This document shows, piece by piece, positions 29,056 to 39,355 of a DNA stretch of 64,000 nt (within the stretch, counting starts at the first letter, position 1; every line of letters starts with the position of its first letter). The notes under the pieces are model-generated. The model had not been told where the DNA came from. It ran no database searches and worked only from the letters and a program-made list of their open reading frames with translations. Source of the DNA: an uncultured Bacteroidales bacterium (GTDB lineage: Bacteria > Bacteroidota > Bacteroidia > Bacteroidales > VadinHA17); the NCBI GenBank assembly GCA_963725585.1, contig CAVRYU010000005.1:287823-351822 (forward strand). The letters run 5' to 3'. A program made the position numbers and the translations under genes.

Positions 29056-31992
29056 TTTCTTTAGCGCTTCAAACAGTATTACTACCGGAGGCTTGGCTAA
29101 TCTTCCTGTTCCGTCTTTGATATGGTGCCTGCAACTGGTTCCGGGAGCTGCAACAACAACATCGCTGCCGCTCTTTCTTATTTCCGGAAACAAAACAAGA
29201 TCACCGATCTTATTTGACAGTTCAAAGTGTTCCTTTTCATATCCGAAAGAGCCAGCCATTCCGCAGCATCCCGATGGGATCTCGCTGACCTTGTAGTTCA
29301 CAGGTATTGAAAGCATTTCAATTGAGCAGGCCGATGAAGAAACGGCTTTCTGCTGACAATGGGCATGAAGTATTACCTGAAGATTATCTTCAGTAAATGA
29401 ATCTCTGCCGATCCTTCCTGCCCTGAATTCATTTGAAATAAATTCATCTATCATGTAACTGTTACAGGCTATTTTCTTTGACTTTTCCCTTAACTCAGGG
29501 CTCACCAGATCAGGATATTCATCACGGAAGCCGAGAATAGCTGATGGTTCAATACCAACCAGGGGGAGATTTTCATCAACCAGACCGGAAAAGGCATTAA
29601 TGTTTTTTATGGCAATTCGCCTTGCTTTTCTAAGCAGACCTTTTGAGATAAAGGTCCTTGCGCTTAAATCATGCTCAGCCACTTCAACCTTGTAGTTTAA
29701 TGCAGTAAGTAGCCCTACAGCTGCAATTCCTGCTTCGGTATCATTGTAATTTGTGAATTCATCTATAAAAAGGCACACCTTACCAATTGGTTTTGAAGGA
29801 TTCAGAGAGGCAAGATTCTTTTTTATCCACCTTCTAAGACTGGTTTTATAAACAAGCGGGATTGATCTCTCAGATGCAAATCCGATTGTCTTCTTAAGTA
29901 ATCCTGAGAATACCTTGTTTTTAAGAAAGAAGTTATAGATATCCGGGACAAATGAACCAACCTTGTTAAAACTCGAAATATAGGCGATCAGTAATGTCCG
30001 GAGAGGTACCCCATGTTTGTCATACCAGTGCTGGAGGAATTCCGATTTCATCTTAGCAATATCAACACCTGAGGGGCATTCTGATTTGCATCCTTTGCAT
30101 TCAAGGCAGAGGTCAAGAATATCGTAAATTTCCTTATGATCCCAGGGATCTGAGGTTTTCATGCTCAGAAACTCGCGAAGGATGTTAGCTCTTGCCCTTG
30201 TGCAGTCTTCTTCATCCATAGTTGCCATAAAACTCGGGCACATGGTTCCTCCCAGCTTTATGGATTTGCGGCAATCGCCCGATCCGTTGCACTTCTCGGC
30301 AGCTCTTATTATTCCTTCAGTTAATGAGAAATCATACACTGTTTCCAATTCAGGGGTCACAGTGCCGGGTTCATACCTCAGGAAAGTGTTCATCAGAGGG
30401 GTATCAACTATTTTCCCGGGATTAAGGATATTTTCAGGATCCCAGGAAGCCTTTAACTTTTTAAGCAATTCATAGTTGGCTTCTCCCAGGATAAGGGGAA
30501 TAAATTCACCTCTTAACCTACCGTCGCCATGCTCTCCGCTCAGTGATCCGCGGTATTTCTTAACAAGCCTGGCTGTTTCAATCCCAATGGTCCTGAATAA
30601 TTCAACATCTCCTGCATCTTTCAGATTAAGAACAGGCCTTATATGGAGCTCGCCGGTTCCGATATGTGCATGATAAACTGAATCCTTTCCGTATTTCGCC
30701 AGTAATTTTGCAAAATCGTCCATATAGGCAGGAAGGTCCTCAACACGAACTGCTGTATCTTCAACCAGAGAAACTGTTCTGCGGTCGCCCTTCATTTTTC
30801 CGAGAACACCAAGTCCGGCTTTCCTCAGTTCCCAGGCTTTTGCCATATCTTTTCCTCTTACAACAGGATAAGAGTATCCGTAACCAGCTTTTTTGAGGGC
30901 TTTTATCAATTCATCCGTAACGGATTCCACTTCCTCAACTGTATCCCTGGCAAACTCAACCATCATAATTGCACCGGGATCCCCATCAAGGAAGAAACGA
31001 TTATTTTTCTGGCTCAGATTGTCTTTTGTGAGTTCAAGAATTCTGTCATCAGTTAGCTCAACTGCTGTGGGCTTGAATTTCAAGGCTACAAGGTTAGCCA
31101 GGAAAGCTTCATCACGATCTCTGTGATGAACGCAGACCAGTGTCTTGCATGCCGGAGGAAGTGGGACAAGGTTTAATTTTATTTCAGTTGTAACGGCCAG
31201 AGTTCCTTCTGATCCGGCTAGAAGCTTGCAGAAATTAAATTTCTTTTCTGAATGAGTGTCAAAAACCTCTGAATCGAGAAGCATATCAAGAGCGTAACCG
31301 GTATTGCGTCTTGGTATCCTTGGATCGGGATACCCGTCTCTTATCGATTTATTATTCTCCGGATTGTCAAGAATGTCTTTTAAATTCCTGTATATTTTCC
31401 CTTCAAGATTATCCTGCCTGCATTTCTTCTCAAATGTATTCTTATCAACAGGACCGAAAGTTGCTTCACTTCCATCGCTGAGGAGTGTTTTAAGCTCAAT
31501 TGTATGATCCCTTGTCGATCCATAGACCAGGGAATGTGAACCGCATGAATTGTTTCCAACCATGCCGCCCATGTTGCACCTGCTTGAAGTTGAAGTTTCA
31601 GGACCGAAAAACAGGCCGAAAGGACGCAGGAACATGTTTAGTTCATCCAGAACGACACCGGGTTCTACTCTAACCCACATCTCCTCCCTGTTCACTTCAA
31701 GGATCCTGTTCATATATCTTGAGATATCGGCAATAATGCCGGAGCTTACAACCTGACCGGCAAGCGAAGTGCCTGCAGCCCTGATGGTTATTCCGATTTT
31801 CTCTTCCGAGGCAAAAAGAAGGAGCCTCTTAAGGTCTAAAACACCTTTTGGCCAGGTAACTGCAACGGGCTGTTCTTTATAATCCGATGCATCTGTGGAG
31901 TATATAGTTTTAGTAATGATGTCATATTTGAGATCACCTTCAAGAGTTTCTTTAAGGGAGTATAACCTGGTTGCAAGAGAATCCATTTCCAT
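29050..31992 (-). CDS. FAD-binding oxidase fused to Fe-S / CCG domains (GlcD-GlpC/YdiJ-like oxidoreductase)
   Basis: 980 aa: an N-terminal FAD_binding_4-type domain (RAAGTSLAGQ), cysteine clusters CNGSGDCRKS...MCPSF and CLECKGCKSECPSG, and a C-terminal CCGMAGSFG. Confidence 0.8.
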   Translation of the reverse strand: MEMDSLATRLYSLKETLEGDLKYDIITKTIYSTDASDYKEQPVAVTWPKGVLDLKRLLLFASEEKIGITIRAAGTSLAGQVVSSGIIADISRYMNRILEVNREEMWVRVEPGVVLDELNMFLRPFGLFFGPETSTSSRCNMGGMVGNNSCGSHSLVYGSTRDHTIELKTLLSDGSEATFGPVDKNTFEKKCRQDNLEGKIYRNLKDILDNPENNKSIRDGYPDPRIPRRNTGYALDMLLDSEVFDTHSEKKFNFCKLLAGSEGTLAVTTEIKLNLVPLPPACKTLVCVHHRDRDEAFLANLVALKFKPTAVELTDDRILELTKDNLSQKNNRFFLDGDPGAIMMVEFARDTVEEVESVTDELIKALKKAGYGYSYPVVRGKDMAKAWELRKAGLGVLGKMKGDRRTVSLVEDTAVRVEDLPAYMDDFAKLLAKYGKDSVYHAHIGTGELHIRPVLNLKDAGDVELFRTIGIETARLVKKYRGSLSGEHGDGRLRGEFIPLILGEANYELLKKLKASWDPENILNPGKIVDTPLMNTFLRYEPGTVTPELETVYDFSLTEGIIRAAEKCNGSGDCRKSIKLGGTMCPSFMATMDEEDCTRARANILREFLSMKTSDPWDHKEIYDILDLCLECKGCKSECPSGVDIAKMKSEFLQHWYDKHGVPLRTLLIAYISSFNKVGSFVPDIYNFFLKNKVFSGLLKKTIGFASERSIPLVYKTSLRRWIKKNLASLNPSKPIGKVCLFIDEFTNYNDTEAGIAAVGLLTALNYKVEVAEHDLSARTFISKGLLRKARRIAIKNINAFSGLVDENLPLVGIEPSAILGFRDEYPDLVSPELREKSKKIACNSYMIDEFISNEFRAGRIGRDSFTEDNLQVILHAHCQQKAVSSSACSIEMLSIPVNYKVSEIPSGCCGMAGSFGYEKEHFELSNKIGDLVLFPEIRKSGSDVVVAAPGTSCRHHIKDGTGRLAKPPVVILFEALKKG

Positions 31993-32102
31993 TTTTGTTT
32001 TGAAACCGCTAATTTAGAAAATGATTTATCATCTTTCAGAATAAACCCGGAAACCGGAGTATTTTTTCACAATTAACGGCCAATTTAATAAATTCAGAAA
32101 CA

Positions 32103-32246
32103 GATTCTTCGCTACACTTCGTTTCGCTCAGAATGACAGCCACTTGTGTTTTTGAGGGAGGGGATGGTTGGAGGCTTAACCTCCAACCATCCCCTCCTTC
32201 CCTATGACAAACTAAAACCTTGTCATTCTGAGCGAAGCGAAGAATC
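32103..32246. repeat. Nested palindromic intergenic element (FAQNDK-type repeat)
   Basis: The outer arms are gattcttcgct..tcgctcagaatgaca (32103..32138) and tgtcattctgagcgaagcgaagaatc (32221..32246). The inner hairpin gagggaggggatggttggagg-cttaa-cctccaaccatcccctccttc spans 32154..32200. Confidence 0.75.
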
Positions 32247-32387
32247 TCATACTTATAGTTGGACACTTATGGTATTTTTTAGTAAAAATCCTTTTTGAAA
32301 ATATTCATCTTGGTGTGGTAGTAAAATCGGACTTTTTTTTCTTACATTTAAACCTGAATCTTCTAAATACTAAATAACTGATATACA

Positions 32388-33392
32388 ATGGAATTAATAG
32401 ATCGAATCAAGTTTAGTGCAAAAAAACATAATATGCGTATTGTGCTGCCCGAAGGATATGAAGAAAGAAATATTAAAGCAGCTGATATAGCCATAGCTGA
32501 GGGACTGGCACAGATAATTCTGATAGGGGATCCTGAAGAGATTGCATCGCATGCAGCACAGGTTGGATTAAAAAACCTTTCAAAAGCAAAAATCGTAAAT
32601 CCAAAATCGCATGATAAAAAAGACCATTACATAAATATGATGGTGGAAATCAGAAAGAGCAAGGGGATGACAAAGGAAGAGGCCTCCCGCCTTATTGAAG
32701 ATCCTCTCTACCTTGGCGTGCTGATGATAAAAAATGGTGATGCCGACGGGGAGGTTTCAGGTGCAGACCATGCCACAGGCGATGTTCTTCGTCCTGCCTT
32801 CCATTACGTTAAGACAGCTCCGGGTATATCTGTTGTTTCGGGTGCCTTTATTATGATTCTGCAGGATAAGAAATTCGGTGAGGATGGTGTAATTATTTTT
32901 GCCGATGGAGCAGTTCATCCCAACCCGACGGACAAGGAACTTGCAGAAATAGCTGTTGCCACGGCTCATACTGCTAGAGCCATCGGAGGTTTTGAACCTA
33001 AAATAGCAATGCTGAGCTTTTCAACTAAGGGTAGTGCAAAGCATGAGCTCGTTGATAAAGTTGTAAGCGCTACAAAAATTGCACAGGAAATGGCACCCGA
33101 TCTGATGATAGACGGTGAACTGCAAGGCGATGCTGCTCTGGTGGAAGCTATAGGACAGAAGAAAGCTCCCGGCAGCAAGATTGCGGGTCATGCTAATGTT
33201 CTTATTTTTCCTGATCTCAATTGCGGCAATATAGCTTATAAACTTGTTCAACGGCTGGCAAATGCCGAGGCCATAGGACCAATTCTCCAGGGTATGGCAG
33301 CTCCTATAAATGATCTTTCGCGGGGTTGTTCGGTAAACGATATCGTAAGTATGATCGCAATTACTGCCAATCAGGCAGCCGGGAAAAAATAG
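32388..33392 (+). CDS. pta: Phosphate acetyltransferase
   Basis: 334 aa, PTA_PTB family with GDADGEVSGADHATGDVLRPA. It lies immediately upstream of ackA. Confidence 0.88.
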   Translation: MELIDRIKFSAKKHNMRIVLPEGYEERNIKAADIAIAEGLAQIILIGDPEEIASHAAQVGLKNLSKAKIVNPKSHDKKDHYINMMVEIRKSKGMTKEEASRLIEDPLYLGVLMIKNGDADGEVSGADHATGDVLRPAFHYVKTAPGISVVSGAFIMILQDKKFGEDGVIIFADGAVHPNPTDKELAEIAVATAHTARAIGGFEPKIAMLSFSTKGSAKHELVDKVVSATKIAQEMAPDLMIDGELQGDAALVEAIGQKKAPGSKIAGHANVLIFPDLNCGNIAYKLVQRLANAEAIGPILQGMAAPINDLSRGCSVNDIVSMIAITANQAAGKK

Positions 33393-33423
33393 AACCAGAA
33401 GATTAATAAATACATTTATACAA

Positions 33424-34635
33424 ATGATCATCCTTGTCTTAAATTGCGGAAGCTCATCAATAAAGTACCAGTTGTTTGATATGTCCGACGGACACAAGTT
33501 GCTTGCAAAAGGACTTCTTGAACGGATCGGCCTGGTTGATAGTATCTTAACCCATAAACCAACTAACGGGGAACCTTATAAGGTAATAAATGATATTCCT
33601 GACCATACAACAGGAATAAACCTTGTAATGGCTGCCCTGACAGATCCCAGGCATGGAGTTATCAAAGATGTGAATCAGATCAAGGCGGTTGGCCACAGGG
33701 TTGTCAATGGCGGAGAAAGATATAAGGAGAGTGTGCTTGTCGATAACGAGGTAAAGAAGCAGATCGAGATAAACATTGAGCTTGCCCCGCTCCACAACCC
33801 TGCTAACCTTAAGGGCATCCTTTCAGTTGAAAAGCTTATCCCGGGAGTGCCGCAGGTTGCGGTTTTTGACACTTCATTCCACCAGACAATGCCCGATTAT
33901 GCCTATATGTATGCACTGCCCTATGAATATTATGAAAAGTACAAGATCAGAAAATACGGGTACCACGGAACAAGTCACAAATTTGTTGCAAACAAGGCTG
34001 CAAAATTGCTTGGGAAAGATGTGAAGGACCTGAAAATCATAACATGTCATCTGGGTAATGGTGCATCCATTACTGCAATACAGTGGGGCCGGTCAATAGA
34101 TACTTCAATGGGTTTTACACCTGTCGACGGCCTGATAATGGGAACGAGAACCGGTGAGATAGATGCCGGGGTTCTAATTTATATTGCCGATAAGGAACAT
34201 CTGAATGTCACCGGTGTTAATAACCTGATAAATAAGAAGAGCGGGATGGTAGGTATATCAGGACTCTCTTCCGATATGCGCGACCTTGAAGTAGCTGCAG
34301 CTGATGGTAATGAAAAAGCACTGCTTGCCCTTAATATGTACGCTTACAAAGTCAAGAAATTCATAGGGTCATATATTGCTGTCCTGAACGGACTTGATCT
34401 TCTTGTTTTTACAGGAGGAGTAGGGGAGAATGACTTCAAAATGAGAGCTATGATCTGCTCCGATATGGAATCGCTCGGAATAAAATTTGATTTTGATGCC
34501 AATAATGGAGTTCGAGGAAAGGATAAGGTAATTTCAAAAGCAGATTCAAAGGCTACAGTTATGTGTATAACGACTGATGAGGAATTTGTTATTGCCGCCG
34601 ACACGAAGTACATTGTTGAGCATCAAACAATTTAA
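33424..34635 (+). CDS. ackA: Acetate kinase
   Basis: 403 aa with ILVLNCGSSSIKYQLFDM, YGYHGTSH and FTGGVGEN. Confidence 0.92.
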   Translation: MIILVLNCGSSSIKYQLFDMSDGHKLLAKGLLERIGLVDSILTHKPTNGEPYKVINDIPDHTTGINLVMAALTDPRHGVIKDVNQIKAVGHRVVNGGERYKESVLVDNEVKKQIEINIELAPLHNPANLKGILSVEKLIPGVPQVAVFDTSFHQTMPDYAYMYALPYEYYEKYKIRKYGYHGTSHKFVANKAAKLLGKDVKDLKIITCHLGNGASITAIQWGRSIDTSMGFTPVDGLIMGTRTGEIDAGVLIYIADKEHLNVTGVNNLINKKSGMVGISGLSSDMRDLEVAAADGNEKALLALNMYAYKVKKFIGSYIAVLNGLDLLVFTGGVGENDFKMRAMICSDMESLGIKFDFDANNGVRGKDKVISKADSKATVMCITTDEEFVIAADTKYIVEHQTI

Positions 34636-34662
34636 GTTGTAACTTTTAAAGCGATAAATAGC

Positions 34663-35565
34663 ATGGTGTTAAAAAGTATGTCCGACCTTAAGGGGATCGT
34701 GGCAGGTAAACCGAGGAAAAGACTTGTACTAGCTGCAGCCCAGGATCAGCACTCCCTGGGAGCCGTTCTGAGAGCCTGGAAAGATGAAATTATCGAACCG
34801 ATCTTTATTGGTGACACAGAGGGAATACAAGCTGTGTGTTACGAAAATGGGTATGATATATCCGGAATAAGGATCATTCATGAACCTGAAATAGATAAAT
34901 CTGTTGAGCTTGCTGTAAAGATGCTTAGCAGCAAGCAGGGGGATATACTGATGAAAGGGAAGGTTGGTACCTCATTGTTGCTTAAATGCGTTCTTAACAA
35001 GGAATGGGGCCTCAGGACAGGTAACCTGCTTTCGCATATTGCTCTTTTTGAAGTTGACACTTATCATAAGCTGATCGCTGTGACTGATGTTGCAATGAAT
35101 ATCGCACCAAACCTGAAGGATAAGATCTCCATCGTCAATAACTCGGTTTCGTTCCTTAACAGGCTTGGGTATGTTATGCCCAAGGTGGCTGTCCTTGGAG
35201 CTGTTGAAATGGTTAATGAAAATATGGAAGCCACGCTGCATGCAGCTTTGCTTTCAAAAATGAATCAGCGTGAACAGATAAGAAACTGCATAATTGACGG
35301 ACCACTTGCATTCGACAATGCGGTAAGTCTTGAAAGTGCGCAGTTTAAAGGTATAAAGAGTGAAGTGGCCGGCGATACAGATCTGCTCCTGATGCCAGAT
35401 ATTGAAGTCGGGAATGTGCTCTATAAATCCCTGGTTTTCTTTGCCAAGGCAAAAGTTGCTTCTATTATTCTCGGTGCCCAGGTCCCTATTGTCCTGACTT
35501 CCCGATCCGATTCAGAGCAGGCAAAATACGACAGTATTCTTCTTTCAGCTGCCGCAAGCAAATAA
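34663..35565 (+). CDS. ptb: Phosphate butyryltransferase (copy 1)
   Basis: 300 aa short PTA_PTB family protein with DILMKGKVGTSLLL, in a buk context. Confidence 0.8.
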   Translation: MVLKSMSDLKGIVAGKPRKRLVLAAAQDQHSLGAVLRAWKDEIIEPIFIGDTEGIQAVCYENGYDISGIRIIHEPEIDKSVELAVKMLSSKQGDILMKGKVGTSLLLKCVLNKEWGLRTGNLLSHIALFEVDTYHKLIAVTDVAMNIAPNLKDKISIVNNSVSFLNRLGYVMPKVAVLGAVEMVNENMEATLHAALLSKMNQREQIRNCIIDGPLAFDNAVSLESAQFKGIKSEVAGDTDLLLMPDIEVGNVLYKSLVFFAKAKVASIILGAQVPIVLTSRSDSEQAKYDSILLSAAASK

Positions 35566-35575
35566 ACTGAAAAGT

Positions 35576-36478
35576 ATGATACGTACTCTTGACCAGATAG
35601 TTGAAAAGGTTCTGTCGCTTCATAAAAAGCACCGGATCGCCGTAGCCTGGGCTCAGGATATTCATACAATCAGTGCAATACATAAAGCAGTAAATTATGG
35701 TCTCGCCGAAGCTATTCTGATTGGCCAGTCATCGGAAATCAAAAGTTTATGCCGTAAAACGGGGATTAATCATGAGCTGTTTACGATAATGGATTCTGGT
35801 GATGAGGTAATGGCCTCATCTGAGGCTGTCCGTCTGACTCGTTCAGGGGAAGCCGATATAGTTATGAAAGGGTTGGTAGGTACCGATAAATTCCTGAAGG
35901 CTGTTATGGATAAAAACGATGGGCTGATGCTGCCTGATGCAGTCCTGAGTTACGTCTGTGCAATAGAATTATCTTCCTATCATAAGCTGTTGTTTATCAC
36001 TGATCCGGCCGTAATACCTTCACCAACGCTTGAGCAGAAAATAATTATGGCTGAATACGCAATTGAGATGGCCGGAAGGTTCGGCATAAACCGGCCAAAA
36101 ATTGCACTGATTTCAGCTTCGGAAAAGCCCAGCCGCCATTTTAAAAGTTCCGAGGATTACGGGGTGATGTGCAAAATGGCTAAAAAAGGAAAATTTTCAA
36201 ATTGCATCATGGATGGACCCCTAGATTTATTCCTTGCCTGCGATAAAAAAAGTGTGGATATCAAGGGGATTGAAACTCCGGTAAACGGTGATGCGGATAT
36301 CCTTCTGTTCCCCTCGCTTGAAGCATCCAATCCATTTTATAAAGGGCTGATGCTATTCGCTCAGGGCGAACTCGCAGGTCTGATTAGAGGAACAATAAAA
36401 CCAGTAATTGTAATGTCAAGAAGTGAAAGCGAAAAATCAAAGTTTTATTGCATAGCCCTTGCATGTCTGATGGCTTGA
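35576..36478 (+). CDS. ptb: Phosphate butyryltransferase (copy 2, diverged paralog)
   Basis: 300 aa, collinear with copy 1 (DIVMKGLVGTDKFL; MDGPLDLFLA versus IDGPLAFDNA). Confidence 0.8.
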   Translation: MIRTLDQIVEKVLSLHKKHRIAVAWAQDIHTISAIHKAVNYGLAEAILIGQSSEIKSLCRKTGINHELFTIMDSGDEVMASSEAVRLTRSGEADIVMKGLVGTDKFLKAVMDKNDGLMLPDAVLSYVCAIELSSYHKLLFITDPAVIPSPTLEQKIIMAEYAIEMAGRFGINRPKIALISASEKPSRHFKSSEDYGVMCKMAKKGKFSNCIMDGPLDLFLACDKKSVDIKGIETPVNGDADILLFPSLEASNPFYKGLMLFAQGELAGLIRGTIKPVIVMSRSESEKSKFYCIALACLMA

Positions 36479-36521
36479 AAATCCTGTCCATGAAACATGT
36501 TTTAAATTCAAATCAAATAGA

Positions 36522-37598
36522 ATGTCCAACCGGTTAATCCTGGCTATCAACCCGGGATCCACATCAACTAAATTTGCTCTTTTTGAGGAAGATAATCTCC
36601 TTTTTGAAAAGACGCTCCGGCATACTTCTGAAGAATTATCAGGTTTTAAGAAAATAACGGACCAGTTCCATTTCAGGAAGGATTTGATAATGAATGAATT
36701 ATCGGGTCAAAAAATAGATTTGTCGGGACTGGCAGCTGTTGTCGGACGTGGTGGATTAATAAAACCCATCGAATCAGGAATTTACAAGGTCAATAAGAAA
36801 ATGATTGATGATCTCAGAAAAGGTATAATGGGAGAGCATGCAAGCAATTTAGGTGGTCTGATTGCTGATGATATTGCTTCATCCTTGCCTGAGGCTAAAG
36901 CTTATATTGTTGATCCTGTGGTAGTTGATGAGCTTGAGCCTGTTGCCAGAATTTCAGGACATCCTGCAATTGAACGTATTTCAATTTTACATGCTTTGAA
37001 CCAGAAGGCCGTGGCACGTACTTATGCAGAATCGGTTAACAGGAAATATGAGGATATGAACCTTATTCTTGTCCACATGGGAGGTGGGATAAGCGTGGGC
37101 GCCCATCGGAAGGGCAGGATAATTGATGTCAACAATGCATTGAATGGAGATGGTCCTTTTTCTCCGGAGCGTTCCGGAGGACTTCCATCAGGTCAGCTTG
37201 TTGATCTATGCTTCAGCGGGAAGTACTCACATCAGGAACTAAAAACAATGATTACCGGGCAAGGAGGTATTGTTGCCTACCTGGGAACTAACAACTTTAT
37301 TGAAGCAAACAATATGGCTGATAACGGAGATCAGAAAGCTGTGCTTATAATAGAGGCAATTGCATATCAGATCTCCAAAGAGATAGGTTCAGCCGCAGCA
37401 GTTCTTGAAGGAAGGGTTGATGCCATTATTTTAACAGGCGGTCTGGCATACCAGGAATCACATGTGTTGAGGATAATGAATAGGGTCGGATTTATTGCGG
37501 AAGTGGTCGTTTTTCCGGGCGAAGATGAGATCAAAGCATTGGCTTATAATGGATTGCTTGCACTGGATGGGAAGATTGAAATAAAGGAGTATTTATAG
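36522..37598 (+). CDS. buk: Butyrate kinase
   Basis: 358 aa with ILAINPGSTSTKFALFEED and ILTGGLAY, in the ASKHA fold. Confidence 0.9.
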   Translation: MSNRLILAINPGSTSTKFALFEEDNLLFEKTLRHTSEELSGFKKITDQFHFRKDLIMNELSGQKIDLSGLAAVVGRGGLIKPIESGIYKVNKKMIDDLRKGIMGEHASNLGGLIADDIASSLPEAKAYIVDPVVVDELEPVARISGHPAIERISILHALNQKAVARTYAESVNRKYEDMNLILVHMGGGISVGAHRKGRIIDVNNALNGDGPFSPERSGGLPSGQLVDLCFSGKYSHQELKTMITGQGGIVAYLGTNNFIEANNMADNGDQKAVLIIEAIAYQISKEIGSAAAVLEGRVDAIILTGGLAYQESHVLRIMNRVGFIAEVVVFPGEDEIKALAYNGLLALDGKIEIKEYL

Positions 37599-37781
37599 AA
37601 CATATTCTCACCTCCCTTTGATTCCCTTCTCTGCCAGAGCAATTCCTCTTTATACACATCATTTATCCTTAATATCAATAATCTTATTATTAGTTTTTTA
37701 ACCACGGTGTCGCACTGAGTTGACACTGAGTTTCACTGTTTACTCTTCGGATAAGAGTCGGATTGGGTGGTGAGTTCGTGA

Positions 37782-38477
37782 TTACGGATTATTAATCGCC
37801 ACAGGCAACACTTTCCCGTTGAAAAATTTGTTCCCGTTTACTGCAAAATATGTTATGAATTCAGCCATTTCTTTTGGACCAAGGGGCGCTCTAAATCCCG
37901 GGAATGCATTCTCGAACATTTCGGTCTGAACTGATCCAAGCGCCAGGCAATTGACACTTATTCCTGAATCGCTCAATTCGCCAGCCAGGCATTCGCTGAG
38001 GCACGAAAGTGCTGCTTTTGAGGCGCTGTAAACCGAAAGGCCCCTGTACTTGGAACTTCCCTGGAATCCTCCCATACTGGAAATATTTACTATATGAGAT
38101 CCTGCCGGCATCAGAGGAACCAATAGTCTTATAAAAGCTAGAGGACCGAAAAAATTTGTCTCCATCATTTTGCGGGAATCATGATCTGTCAACTTCATGA
38201 AATCCCCGACAATAAGTGATCCGGCAACATTGATCAGGACATCCACCCTGCTGAAACGGTTGTAAATCTGATCTCTGACAGCTTCAATCATGCTGTTAAG
38301 TTCTGAAATATCAAATCTTAAATAGGAGACATTCTCGTTCAGGCACCCCTTCTGAAGCTCTTTGAGCCTGGCTTCATTCCGGCCTGTAACCAGTATCTGA
38401 TTATCTTTATCCATTGCCAGTTGAAGCGCAACCTCCCTTCCGATGCCCTTCGAGCCCCCGTTAACAATTATATTCAT
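37782..38477 (-). CDS. SDR family oxidoreductase
   Basis: 231 aa with the NGGSKGIGREVA glycine motif and the YSASKAAL catalytic motif. Confidence 0.85.
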   Translation of the reverse strand: MNIIVNGGSKGIGREVALQLAMDKDNQILVTGRNEARLKELQKGCLNENVSYLRFDISELNSMIEAVRDQIYNRFSRVDVLINVAGSLIVGDFMKLTDHDSRKMMETNFFGPLAFIRLLVPLMPAGSHIVNISSMGGFQGSSKYRGLSVYSASKAALSCLSECLAGELSDSGISVNCLALGSVQTEMFENAFPGFRAPLGPKEMAEFITYFAVNGNKFFNGKVLPVAINNP

Positions 38478-38644
38478 ATATCCGATATATTTTGATAATG
38501 GATTTTTTCGTTTATTTGTTAGCCTTTTATGTAAAGTTACAAAATTGTTTTATGAACCCCACATGTTATGCAAACACTAACACTTTTAGAAATAATTTTA
38601 TCAACATGTGGGTTCCATCATACCATTAAAATCAAAATTATATT

Positions 38645-39247
38645 ATGATGAAACCGTTTTACATTAAAAGATATAACCTGTTTAAAACTATTCGAATTGC
38701 CGGATTAATGACTGGTCTGCTTATAGCTTCTTTCAATACTGCAATTGGTCAGCAGAATGCCAAAGAAGATGTCCCGCCGTTGAAAGAGAGGCTTTTCTAT
38801 GGAGGTAACTTTAGTCTGCAGTTTGGGACATATACCGACATTGAAGTATCGCCGGTAATAGGATTATGGGTGCTGCCAAGGATAAGTGTTGCTGCCGGTC
38901 CTGATTTTCAATACTATAAGTTTTTCTCAGAAGGTACTGTCATTTATGGAGGCAAAACGTATGTAGAGTTACTATTTCTCCAGGATCTTGATAATATAAT
39001 CCCGCTTGGAGTTCATCTGGGCCTGTTTCTCCACGGCGAATATGAGGCCCTGAGTTTGGAAACTGATTTTTTTGAGGCACCCTATGATTCAAAGCGATTC
39101 ATGTTAAATACATTCCTTGCCGGTGGAGGTATAAGGCAGCAGATGGGTCAGAGATCCTCACTTAATTTCACGTTCCTCTGGGTTCTGAATAATTCAGATT
39201 ACAATATCTACGGAAATCCTGAGATCCGTGTCTCATTTATGTTCTGA
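38645..39247 (+). CDS. Small outer-membrane beta-barrel-like protein (hypothetical)
   Basis: 200 aa with a signal peptide (ASFNTAIGQQ), alternating beta-strand pattern and a C-terminal ...RVSFMF (terminal Phe). Confidence 0.55.
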   Translation: MMKPFYIKRYNLFKTIRIAGLMTGLLIASFNTAIGQQNAKEDVPPLKERLFYGGNFSLQFGTYTDIEVSPVIGLWVLPRISVAAGPDFQYYKFFSEGTVIYGGKTYVELLFLQDLDNIIPLGVHLGLFLHGEYEALSLETDFFEAPYDSKRFMLNTFLAGGGIRQQMGQRSSLNFTFLWVLNNSDYNIYGNPEIRVSFMF

Positions 39248-39340
39248 AGAGAGCAGCAGATCAGGTTAACCTCTTTCCACACAGAATAGTTTCCCCTAAA
39301 ACAACTGCTTCACAATTCAATATTTGACTTTAACTGTACC
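39201..39340. repeat. 140-bp direct repeat, copy 1 (last 15 codons plus stop of the barrel gene and 93 bp downstream)
   Basis: acaatatctacggaaatcctgagatccgtgtctcatttatgttctgaag...ttaactgtacc. It is 138 of 140 identical to 40052..40191. Confidence 0.9.
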
Positions 39341-39355
39341 CTTTGGTTCAAATAT

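Noticed and set aside
32036-32266. 76-aa ORF (…EILRFAQNDKVLVCHREGGDGW…)
   Set aside because: It is encoded entirely by a nested palindromic intergenic repeat (gtcattctgagcgaagcgaagaatc type). The peptide is an artefact of translating the repeat.
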